UHGV virus genome: UHGV-0135550
Direction: 5' to 3' (one strand)
Origin: a virus
Length of the DNA stretch: 18,754 nucleotides
The notes under the pieces were generated by a model. That model ran no database searches, was not told the DNA's origin, and saw nothing but the letters and a program-made list of their open reading frames with translations. Shown in pieces: positions 1 to 7,425 of the stretch (the first letter of the stretch is position 1; each line of letters begins with the position of its first letter). A program made the translations under genes and the position numbers.

Positions 1-49
1 TTAGAGTGAAGGGCTGCTGTAATGCCTGTTACTCAGTAACTACCGCACC

Positions 50-358
50 TTACGGTAATTTCATGAAGGCAAATACCGGACAGCCCGGATGACGAGCATC
101 TTCTGTTGCTTCCAGCATTGACTCACCAAACCACTCCGTCGTGGCGCGACCGTCAGCTGCTTTGTAGTGGATCAAGTACTGGTTTTCGCCATCCGCATAC
201 TGCGCACGGGCTTTAACCTCACCCCATTCATCACTGATGCGCATCTCCACCAGTTGAGACAACTCAAACTTAAACGGAGCAGCATCAGCACCAATTACAA
301 TCGGTTTGTTTTCTGTTTTTCCATCATCGTCTCCTGATATCGAAGCCCGTCGCCGCAC
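50..358 (-). CDS. Hypothetical phage protein downstream of the lysis cassette; start uncertain (GTG at 358 or ATG at 244)
   Basis: 102-codon ORF in the track; no motif I recognise and no convincing RBS at either candidate start. Confidence 0.35.
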   Translation of the reverse strand: MRRRASISGDDDGKTENKPIVIGADAAPFKFELSQLVEMRISDEWGEVKARAQYADGENQYLIHYKAADGRATTEWFGESMLEATEDARHPGCPVFAFMKLP

Positions 359-498
359 CGGGCACTGATCAACATTTGAGTATTCGCGGCGACAGAAAGA
401 ATTTATTTTATTGAATAGCCACTAACACAGAATTTCATGCTTTCCGGACGCTGGCGCGCCCTTCATTTTTCAGCAAAATATTCCGCTATTACAGATGA

Positions 499-681
499 TC
501 AGTTCTGCAGACACTGCCGAACGCCATCGATAAGCTGGCAGACCTGAGAAGCCGTATCGAAAAGCTGGCGCGCCTTATCCAGGCTGACGCATCCCACCAA
601 TAAAAAAGGCACCAGTATCGCTACCAGTGCCCATTTCGCCGCCGTTCGCGGCATTCTGTGTGTCCAGTGTTTTCTGCTCAT
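499..681 (-). CDS. Small lipoprotein (about 60 aa), possible Rz1/o-spanin-like lysis accessory protein
   Basis: From the ATG at 679-681 (RBS-like AGGTG 5-6 nt upstream): basic N-region, hydrophobic stretch WALVAILVPFLL, lipobox LVGC; sits directly after the endolysin stop. Confidence 0.45.
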   Translation of the reverse strand: MSRKHWTHRMPRTAAKWALVAILVPFLLVGCVSLDKARQLFDTASQVCQLIDGVRQCLQN

Positions 682-695
682 AACACACCTGGTTA

Positions 696-1076
696 TCAGC
701 GTTTCAACTGAAAGTGAGGCCCGTCTTTCAGTGTTTTCCAGTCCCCACCCCATTCGATGGCAGTTCCCAGCTCTGCGGCAGCCTGCTTAAATGCCTGCGC
801 GATTTTCTCGTACAGAGGCCAGTCCCATGACACTTGGCTGCCAATGTAGGCCACAACATCCACCGCATCACCTGTAAGGTGGCGGCTGTTCATGGTCTGG
901 CTTTTCCCTGCCGCTACCAGCTGTTTCTGGCGATACTTACTGCGCAGACCTTCCGTGATACCAAAATCAACCTCCGTCAGCTCCAGCGCACGGCGAACGA
1001 CAGCAACCAGCTGTGGTTTGACGCCCTCCAGATTTTTTTCACTGCGACGGCTGAATCTGAATTTACCCGGCATCAT
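696..1076 (-). CDS. Endolysin, peptidase M15 family (VanY / L-alanyl-D-glutamate peptidase-like)
   Basis: Zinc-binding pattern SRHLTGDAVD and C-terminal WGGDWKTLKDGPHFQ typical of M15 peptidases; ATG at 1074-1076 with GAGGTG RBS; GTG at 1082 overlapping the upstream stop (GTGA) is an alternative start. Confidence 0.75.
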   Translation of the reverse strand: MMPGKFRFSRRSEKNLEGVKPQLVAVVRRALELTEVDFGITEGLRSKYRQKQLVAAGKSQTMNSRHLTGDAVDVVAYIGSQVSWDWPLYEKIAQAFKQAAAELGTAIEWGGDWKTLKDGPHFQLKR

Positions 1077-1078
1077 AT

Positions 1079-1354
1079 TCACCTCAACAATGGAAAGATT
1101 TTTGTGACGTTCCCGCGTGCGCGTATCACCAGCACGCAGAACAGCAGGTTAAAAAACACTTCCAGCCAGCCCGTTGCTAACGGGCGACCACACAGATAGC
1201 TGAGGGGCGCAAAGGCATACAGCAGCATCAGCAGCCAGGCCAGCCATGACATCAGCGGTTTGTGTCTGGAGTCACGACGACGATAAAAAAAGAGCGTCAG
1301 CACGATAACCGTGCATAACGCCACATTCAGCAATCCGGGAAGGTTACTTAACAT
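1079..1354 (-). CDS. Membrane protein of the lysis cassette (holin/antiholin-like, 2-3 predicted TM helices)
   Basis: Start at ATG 1352-1354 with strong GGAGGAGG RBS; hydrophobic segments LLNVALCTVIVLTLFF, WLAWLLMLLYAFAPL, VFFNLLFCVLVI; lies between holin and endolysin. Confidence 0.5.
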   Translation of the reverse strand: MLSNLPGLLNVALCTVIVLTLFFYRRRDSRHKPLMSWLAWLLMLLYAFAPLSYLCGRPLATGWLEVFFNLLFCVLVIRARGNVTKIFPLLR

Positions 1355-1736
1355 TGCCGCCTCCTCCACCCCGCAGGCGGGAGAACACACCGGACACCAG
1401 TGATGCAATATCCTGCTGGTGGATGAACGACAGAATCTTCACCGACACCACCGATACCAGCACCGCACACAGCGCATCTGCCGATGTACCGTCATACCCT
1501 GTTTTTGATGCAATCCAGGCTGACAGCACGCGCGCCCCCAGCACGCCGACGATAAACGACACCAAAAAATGCGCCACCACGCGCCAGACTGAAATCTTCT
1601 GCGGCATCGTTGCCACAAATAACGCCCCGGCGAACGCACCAAACACAATCCCGAAATCCGTTCCGGTAAACAGCCCGAATACCGTCGCCCCGCCGAGCGC
1701 CGCAGCCGTGCCGGAACCGGATAAGGGTTCAGACAT
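1344..1736 (-). CDS. Putative holin (about 130 aa, three hydrophobic helices)
   Basis: Start MSEPLSG at 1734-1736 with AGGAGA RBS; Gly/Ala-rich TM segments; position immediately upstream of the endolysin module. Confidence 0.55.
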   Translation of the reverse strand: MSEPLSGSGTAAALGGATVFGLFTGTDFGIVFGAFAGALFVATMPQKISVWRVVAHFLVSFIVGVLGARVLSAWIASKTGYDGTSADALCAVLVSVVSVKILSFIHQQDIASLVSGVFSRLRGGGGGNVK

Positions 1737-1824
1737 ACTTTTTTCTCCTGTAAATAAAAAAGGGCCACCAGCGGCCCGTAAAAACACCCCGTCAAAGGCA
1801 CCCGCAGATGCCTTTTGTGTGGTG

Positions 1825-1977
1825 TTATTCAGATTTACGCAGTAAAGGCCGGAGCACGACCAGCGCCATCGCCACCAGCACACCATCTGCCAGCACCGAC
1901 ATCAGCCGTCCGGTGAAATCCACCGCCACTACCAGAAACAGCAGGATGGCAGCCAGCACAAGGCGCGCACTTTTCAC
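1825..1977 (-). CDS. Small hydrophobic protein (50 aa, GTG start), translationally coupled to the upstream TerB-like gene
   Basis: GTG at 1975-1977 overlaps the TerB-like stop TGA (1974-1976); product VKSARLVLAAILLFLVVAVDFTGRLMSVLADGVLVAMALVVLRPLLRKSE has two hydrophobic stretches; below the 60-aa cutoff of the ORF track. Confidence 0.3.
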   Translation of the reverse strand: MKSARLVLAAILLFLVVAVDFTGRLMSVLADGVLVAMALVVLRPLLRKSE

Positions 1978-2399
1978 AGGTACTGCTCCAGCGGTAGCTG
2001 AAGCGCCTGCGCAATTTTCTTGAGCTGTGTTTCTTCATCCGGACCAATGCCATCCTGGTCAGCGATATCCAGACACAGGCACAGCACATTAACTGCGTCA
2101 TCAGTACCTGCCACGTCAGCCAGCTGACGAAGGGCTTCAGCATTGGCAGAGCGCGGCGACGCTTCATAACGGGCGCGGATATTTGCACTCATTTGTGCAA
2201 TCTCACCGGAGAACGGCGCAAAGGCAGGAAGTGCTGCAATGGTTTTCTCCAGTACCGCGACTTCTTTCGCGTCACAGGTGTCGTCAGCATATGCAATGGA
2301 ATACGCGCCCCAGACGGTCGCCTCCACTGCGTCGCGGTTCTCCATCTTCTTCACTTCGGTAATGGCCTTGCGGGTTTTCTTTTTGAAAATACCAAACAT
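1974..2399 (-). CDS. TerB-like (tellurite-resistance TerB domain) protein
   Basis: 141 aa; C-terminal pattern DIADQDGIGPDEETQLKKIAQALQLP resembles the TerB signature (DGxxDxxExxxLxxIAxxLxL); AGGA RBS 9 nt upstream of the ATG at 2397-2399. Confidence 0.55.
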   Translation of the reverse strand: MFGIFKKKTRKAITEVKKMENRDAVEATVWGAYSIAYADDTCDAKEVAVLEKTIAALPAFAPFSGEIAQMSANIRARYEASPRSANAEALRQLADVAGTDDAVNVLCLCLDIADQDGIGPDEETQLKKIAQALQLPLEQYL

Positions 2400-2569
2400 C
2401 GTGACTTTTCCTTTTAGTGGGTGAGCCTGCGCCCGGGGGTGACCAGCCCACAGAGAAAGTCACACTGACCATCCCGTAAGCTCACCCCTGAAAGGCTCTG
2501 TGGTTTTTGATGTGCGCCGGGCGTGGCGCGGATATAAAAAAGGCCCGCCGTAGCGAGTCATGAAAAAAT

Positions 2570-2600
2570 GAATAAAAAAAACCGCCCGGTAGAGGCGGTT
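2570..2600 (-). terminator. Rho-independent terminator (minus strand) between the tRNA cluster and the TerB-like gene
   Basis: Perfect 7-bp stem AACCGCC / GGCGGTT (2580-2586 / 2594-2600), 7-nt loop; minus-strand reading is followed by a run of 9 T then ATTCATTTTTT. Confidence 0.6.
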
Positions 2601-2867
2601 AAGGATGTATTTCCAGGTTTTGCTTAATATATGATTAATCTCAATGTCATGGTGTTATTTACAACACCAGAATGATGCATCACCGACCCTCCCAGGAAAT
2701 ATAAAATCTCCACCGAAAATGCACCATTCTGCTGCCGTAAAAAAATCAGCACTGCGGCTACACCCGACCTCAAATCATAGCCAGAGAACAGAATGTTTTT
2801 TAACAATCTACCCCCACGTAATAAAAAAATACGTCAGTGCCGTTACTATAAGGCGTATTTCAAATGT

Positions 2868-2942
<75 letters not shown>

Positions 2943-2945
2943 ATA

Positions 2946-3021
<76 letters not shown>

Positions 3022-3023
3022 AA

Positions 3024-3100
3024 TGGACCGTCACCGGAGACTCGAACCCCGCGCCATCAACTTCGAAGGCTGATGCTCTATCCGGATGAGCTAGTGACGG
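3024..3100 (-). tRNA. tRNA-Arg (anticodon UCG)
   Basis: Minus strand CCGTCACTAGCTCATCCGGATAGAGCATCAGCCTTCGAAGTTGATGGCGCGGGGTTCGAGTCTCCGGTGACGGTCCA: 7-bp acceptor stem (C1-G72), D-loop with GG, anticodon loop CTTCGAA, T-loop TTCGAGT, encoded CCA. Confidence 0.7.
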
Positions 3101-3224
3101 TTTTATTGCCACATCCGTAACGACAGCCAGCGGGAATAATATGCATTCAGAATCAGCCGCCTTAGCTAATTGTGCAACCATCTGCTCTTTGCAAGTGCAC
3201 TTAACGTCCTGCGCCACTTTTCAG

Positions 3225-3253
3225 GCATAAAAAACCCGCTCATCGGCGGGTTT
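3225..3253 (-). terminator. Rho-independent terminator (minus strand) at the left boundary of the AT-rich island
   Basis: Stem AAACCCGC / GCGGGTTT (3232-3239 / 3246-3253), loop TCATCG; on the minus strand the stem is followed by TTTTATGCC extending the U-tract. Confidence 0.5.
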
Positions 3254-3298
3254 AAGCTGTGTGGCGTAGTAACCACTCTTAACACGATACAATACTTT

Positions 3299-3327
3299 TT
3301 GCGTACGCGTTAAGATTTTTTTATAAT
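3299..3327 (+). promoter_or_regulatory. Sigma70-like promoter for the large island ORF
   Basis: -35 TTGCGT (3299-3304), 17-bp spacer, perfect -10 TATAAT (3322-3327), about 70 nt upstream of the ATG at 3397. Confidence 0.4.
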
Positions 3328-3396
3328 TACTTACCTTTCTCACACCAAATGTAAAAGCAATATTTTTTGATAATCCTGTTGTTTAAAGGGAATAGC

Positions 3397-6300
3397 ATGA
3401 AATCAATTGTACACTTATCCGACTTACACTTATCAGACTCAAAAAAATATGGTTTTCACTGGAAGAAAGCCAAAGAACTGGTCACAGTATTAGTTAATGA
3501 TATACATTCATTAAGTAAAGAAAACAACCTCCAGATAGATGCCATTTTTTTTACTGGGGATTTAACGTTTTCTGGAACCAAAGAGCAATTTCAACTATTT
3601 GATGAACATTTCCTCTCTCCACTTATTCAAAAGCTGAACATCAGTAAAAAAAACATTTTTATAACCCCAGGCAATCATGATGTGGACAGAAGTAAAGTTC
3701 ATCCACTTGAAAAACAACTGCGAACTGGTTCGGACGAAAATTTCATATCATCATACTTTGATATGATAAATAATGGAAAGTATTCATGGGAACGTCTCTA
3801 CGAGTACTGTGAATATAATAAAACAATATTAGATCATCATTCTGATGTTGAACAATCTGGACGCATGATTACATGCTTTAAAGTAACAAACAAATTATAC
3901 GTCGTTAGCGTAAATAGCGCATGGTTAGCTATGGATGATAATGATATTGGTAACTTACGAATTACCCAAAAGCAAATTGATTTTATCAATCGTGCCAAAA
4001 TACCTTCTGATGCAAAAATAATATTATTATGCCATCATCCTTTAGATTGGTTGAATAAGAATGATCGTGACATTTTTTCAACATTTATTGAAAAAAAAGT
4101 TTCAATGTTCTTTTTTGGTCATATGCATGATTTTAAACAAAAACTAGAATCTAGTTTTTGTGAAAACATCACCCTCTTTTTGCAAGCAGGAACTTTGGAT
4201 ACTAGTGAAAATGTATCAGGCTATTCATTAATAAATTTTAATAGTTCAAATGTCATATCAGACGGAAGAATTTTTTATAGAAAATATAATAAAGAAAAAA
4301 CATGCTATGAACCATGGGAAGAAAGAGGAAATGGTGGTGTTTTTGATTTCACCACTGAGAAAACTCTAACTTTTGACTCTGAAAAATTTGCAACATTATC
4401 TAATGAGATTCTAGAGAAAACTGATAAGGATTTATTAATTAACATTGGAATCTCTGATGAAAAGAAAAAAAGTCTAAGAACTCTATTTACTGAACCAAAT
4501 TTCCTTGAATTTGCTCTTGGAGCCATGCCTTCTATGGAGATTAAGTCCACACAAGAATTACTAGAAGGACGAAACAACCTTGTGATTGTAGGAAACCATA
4601 GCTCAGGTAAAACATCTCTTTTAAAATACCTATTCATTAAGAGTCTAGAAAAACAAGCCAGCAAAGACTTCAGTAACTTTGCATTTTTCTTAGATTTAAA
4701 TGCAATTGAATTAAATAGCTTAAATACAATTGTAAGCGCATTATGTACACAATATTTCAATGCAGATTCGACCACATCTTTTGAAGAAAAAATTAAAAAA
4801 ATGTTACATGAGGGAAGATGTGTTATATATATTGATAATCTGGACAATATAAATACAAAAGAACAATGTGTAATTTCTGATTTTTTTATAAAATTCAAAG
4901 AATGTAGATTTATCGTAACTGCTGGCTATAATAATTCAGATCTGGTAGTTAAAATATTATCAGATGAAAGTAAAGCTAAATTTCATGCAATTGCTATAGG
5001 TTCATTACGCAGATCTAATGTTCGCGATATTGTATCAAGATGGCACGACACAACATCACAAAATATAATATATAAAGAAATCACGCGAACAATCAACAAT
5101 TCGCAACTTCCTCATAATTATTTTACATACTCAATGCTTTTAGCTATTTATGAAGTTGATCATGACGTTAAAGGAATATTAAGTGAGTCTGATATTATAG
5201 AAAACTTCATAGAAATTTTGCTTCGTAAACATTTTATGGATACTCCGCCTAATAAGCCACAATTTAAAGAACTTCGACATTTTCTTGGATATTTAGGATT
5301 TACATTATTCAAAAACAAATGTAATTTTATTTCAAATAATGAACTTCTGCAGACTGCAATAATTTTCAATAGAGATACCATGCATGATTATCAAGTAGAA
5401 GACTATATAAAACCATTAAAAGAATGTGGAATATTGAAAGAAGAGCTATGTAATGTGATTTTCTCGCAGCCTTGCTTTTTATACTATTCCATCGCTTATT
5501 TCATGAAGCATAACGAAGAGCTAAAGAAAGAAATTTTATCCGATAATAATTACCTACATCTACATAAAGTTATTGAATACTATTCATCGCAGAACTCATC
5601 TAGTCTTGATTTATTATACTTACTTAAAAAGAAGACTAATGCAATCAAATCTTCTTTATCTGAACGAATGCTCGAAGATAAGGGAATAAATATTGAAGAT
5701 ATAAAGATTGAAGACTCTAATACTTTCTCTATTTTAGATATGGTATCAACCCAAGATGATTTCGAAAAAAAGATAGAATCACTCCGTGCAGATAGAGAAA
5801 AAGATGACGCGCGACTAGATGAATTATCACCTTTATCTGATAAAGATAAAAAAGCTAATATATCAAATGTTAGAGCTGAAGGTAATAATAATCTGTTACA
5901 TGATCTTATTAACACTTTATCTCTTTATGCAAGGGTATTCCGTAGTACTGAATTATCTATGGAAAGAGAAAATATATTAAATATATTTAATGACCTTGTA
6001 AAGGGTTATGTTTTTTACATGAAAGCGTCACTAGTACTAATGGATGATTCATTTGTTCTTCCAGTAATACTCCCTGCATTAGAAAAGAAAATGCAAGAGG
6101 ATAAATTAACCGATAACGAAAGGCAACGAGTTTTTGAAATGTTTAAACTAGTATTGTCTTTAGTTCGCTCAATGATCCCAAATAACATACAGTTTATTAT
6201 GAGCAATGACTTAAGCTCGAAAAAACCACGTATTGCAAACATTATTACTGAATCAAAAGACTCAAATAGCAATCCTGTAGAAAAGGCTATTTTAACTTTC

Positions 6301-6549
6301 ACCTTAATGGATATTAAAGATGAAATGGTTATACAATTAGCTAACGATTTAGCAAAGATACAAAACAAAGTTGTTCAAGAATCTCTTTTCTTCAAGATTA
6401 ATCAAATTATAACAAGTAACTATGATTTAAAAAGAACTGAAGAAGAAGCATTGAAAGAGTTAGCAAAAAACATTGGCATTAAAAGAAAATTAATTCTCAC
6501 ACCCAAGATTAGTGATGCCTTTAATACGTTAAACCGCATAGGACATTAA
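3397..6549 (+). CDS. Large multidomain protein: N-terminal calcineurin-like metallophosphoesterase, central NACHT/STAND-like P-loop NTPase, C-terminal helical domain; candidate antiphage defense protein
   Basis: Metallophosphoesterase motifs DxH (D9-L-H11), GD (54-55), GNHD (92-95), HH (213-214), GHMH (241-244); Walker A GNHSSGKT (399-406); Walker B-like VIYIDNLD (about 476-483) followed by FIVTAG; ATG at 3397 with AAAGGGA RBS (TTG at 3367 is the ORF-track start). Confidence 0.8.
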   Translation: MKSIVHLSDLHLSDSKKYGFHWKKAKELVTVLVNDIHSLSKENNLQIDAIFFTGDLTFSGTKEQFQLFDEHFLSPLIQKLNISKKNIFITPGNHDVDRSKVHPLEKQLRTGSDENFISSYFDMINNGKYSWERLYEYCEYNKTILDHHSDVEQSGRMITCFKVTNKLYVVSVNSAWLAMDDNDIGNLRITQKQIDFINRAKIPSDAKIILLCHHPLDWLNKNDRDIFSTFIEKKVSMFFFGHMHDFKQKLESSFCENITLFLQAGTLDTSENVSGYSLINFNSSNVISDGRIFYRKYNKEKTCYEPWEERGNGGVFDFTTEKTLTFDSEKFATLSNEILEKTDKDLLINIGISDEKKKSLRTLFTEPNFLEFALGAMPSMEIKSTQELLEGRNNLVIVGNHSSGKTSLLKYLFIKSLEKQASKDFSNFAFFLDLNAIELNSLNTIVSALCTQYFNADSTTSFEEKIKKMLHEGRCVIYIDNLDNINTKEQCVISDFFIKFKECRFIVTAGYNNSDLVVKILSDESKAKFHAIAIGSLRRSNVRDIVSRWHDTTSQNIIYKEITRTINNSQLPHNYFTYSMLLAIYEVDHDVKGILSESDIIENFIEILLRKHFMDTPPNKPQFKELRHFLGYLGFTLFKNKCNFISNNELLQTAIIFNRDTMHDYQVEDYIKPLKECGILKEELCNVIFSQPCFLYYSIAYFMKHNEELKKEILSDNNYLHLHKVIEYYSSQNSSSLDLLYLLKKKTNAIKSSLSERMLEDKGINIEDIKIEDSNTFSILDMVSTQDDFEKKIESLRADREKDDARLDELSPLSDKDKKANISNVRAEGNNNLLHDLINTLSLYARVFRSTELSMERENILNIFNDLVKGYVFYMKASLVLMDDSFVLPVILPALEKKMQEDKLTDNERQRVFEMFKLVLSLVRSMIPNNIQFIMSNDLSSKKPRIANIITESKDSNSNPVEKAILTFTLMDIKDEMVIQLANDLAKIQNKVVQESLFFKINQIITSNYDLKRTEEEALKELAKNIGIKRKLILTPKISDAFNTLNRIGH

Positions 6550-6575
6550 AATGCCACTTTTTTGATATAATTAAA

Positions 6576-6603
6576 AACCACCCGTAACAGGGTGGTTCTC
6601 TAC
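6576..6603. terminator. Hairpin terminator between the convergent large ORF and small ORF (strong on minus strand, possible on plus)
   Basis: Perfect 8-bp stem AACCACCC / GGGTGGTT (6576-6583 / 6590-6597), loop GTAACA; minus-strand reading is followed by TTTTTAATTAT; sits 27 nt after the large ORF stop. Confidence 0.6.
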
Positions 6604-6652
6604 CTCTGCTGCAATATATCTCAAATAATTAAAACGAGCAGGAATTTACCTA

Positions 6653-6832
6653 TCAAAAAACTTGACTACCGGAATTCGAATTTAAAACCCCATTAGTATT
6701 TTTAGGTTTTGTCATTTTCAAATTAGCTTTCATACTACATGCCATAAAATATTGGGTAAGAAAAATGGTATTTAAATGATTCCAAGAAGTAGTTTTATCA
6801 TAAAAATAATTAATTCTTTGTTTCTTATTCAT
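6653..6832 (-). CDS. Small AT-rich ORF (59 aa) of unknown function, convergent with the large island gene
   Basis: ATG at 6830-6832 preceded by a strong RBS (AAGGAG, 6-nt spacing); no motif I recognise; followed by the 6576-6597 terminator. Confidence 0.35.
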   Translation of the reverse strand: MNKKQRINYFYDKTTSWNHLNTIFLTQYFMACSMKANLKMTKPKNTNGVLNSNSGSQVF

Positions 6833-6907
6833 GCACACTCCTTAGTAAAATATAGAAATAAAAGACAAATCACTTATAAATGTCATGTTAAAAAAATTCT
6901 CATCATG

Positions 6908-6936
6908 ATTATTGATGAGTGATTTTATATTATCAA
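6908..6936 (-). promoter_or_regulatory. Candidate sigma70 promoter downstream of Q (possible late promoter PR'-like, or promoter of the small ORF)
   Basis: On the minus strand: -35 TTGATA (6931-6936), 17-bp spacer, -10 AATAAT (6908-6913); AT-rich context so chance matches are likely. Confidence 0.3.
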
Positions 6937-7063
6937 AAAATTATATTATTAACAACTCTTGTTTATTACTCAACCAATACCAAAATCATTAGCCACGCAT
7001 ATATATTTTCAAACATATAAAAACAACACACAATATAAAATCCAGCCACAAAAACTCGCACTT

Positions 7064-7408
7064 CTATTTTATGAAATAAAAACACCCTTCAATAAAACCT
7101 AAAGCAGTTTGCAATTCCTTTCTAATCGTACCGTCCGAACATTTTCGCCTCTTCGCAATAGTTCTAAGCGAAATACCAATAACAAAATGAGCTATAATTA
7201 GCTCATATTCCTCTGGTTTATACTTACACAGGCGGGCAACACAGCCGTCTATCATGATGCCTTCATCATCATCACACTGAAGGCGTATTTTTTTACCATG
7301 AGGTAAAAGCCCCTTAAAGCCTGCTGCTATCGGCTGCCAGTCCACACCACTGTTATCTGCTGCAGCCCATGCTCCCCAGCGGTCCAAAACTTCATACATA
7401 TCACGCAT
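7064..7408 (-). CDS. Late-gene antitermination protein Q (small Q family, non-lambda type)
   Basis: N-terminal LDRWGAWAA motif and Cys-rich core (QCDDDEGIMIDGC ... KCSDG) as I recall for phage antiterminator Q family; ATG at 7406-7408 with GGAGAAA RBS (TTG at 7423 is the ORF-track start). Confidence 0.75.
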   Translation of the reverse strand: MRDMYEVLDRWGAWAAADNSGVDWQPIAAGFKGLLPHGKKIRLQCDDDEGIMIDGCVARLCKYKPEEYELIIAHFVIGISLRTIAKRRKCSDGTIRKELQTALGFIEGCFYFIK

Positions 7409-7425
7409 CAACTTTCTCCACAAAA

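Larger units (their letters stand above)
3250..7063. other. Low-GC accessory island inserted between Q and the tRNA/lysis region
   Basis: Sequence is visibly AT-rich (long A/T runs, AT-biased codons) compared with both flanks; contains one large plus-strand ORF, one small minus-strand ORF, and its own promoter and terminator signals. Confidence 0.7.

Noticed and set aside
834-1199. Plus-strand ORFs (834..1199, 892..1107) over the endolysin region
   Set aside because: Antisense to a minus-strand ORF with clear M15 peptidase motifs; no RBS and no recognisable domains.
1354-2188. Overlapping ORFs 1354..1845 (+), 1439..1801 (-), 1808..2023 (+), 1835..2188 (-)
   Set aside because: Alternative frames over the holin and TerB-like genes; Pro/Arg/Cys-rich low-complexity translations typical of out-of-frame reading of GC-rich coding DNA.
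2600-2867. Shiga-toxin-like or other cargo gene between the tRNAs and the lysis genes
   Set aside because: No ORF of meaningful length on either strand in this ~270-bp interval.
3254-3396. A minus-strand late promoter (PR') directly upstream of the 3232-3253 terminator
   Set aside because: No convincing -35/-10 pair on the minus strand here; the best promoter match in this interval is on the plus strand, facing the large island gene.
4305-6368. Minus-strand ORFs (4305..4898, 5160..5381, 5580..5915, 6015..6368) inside the large island gene
   Set aside because: Antisense to a 1050-codon ORF with coherent enzyme motifs; translations are low-complexity with no RBS.
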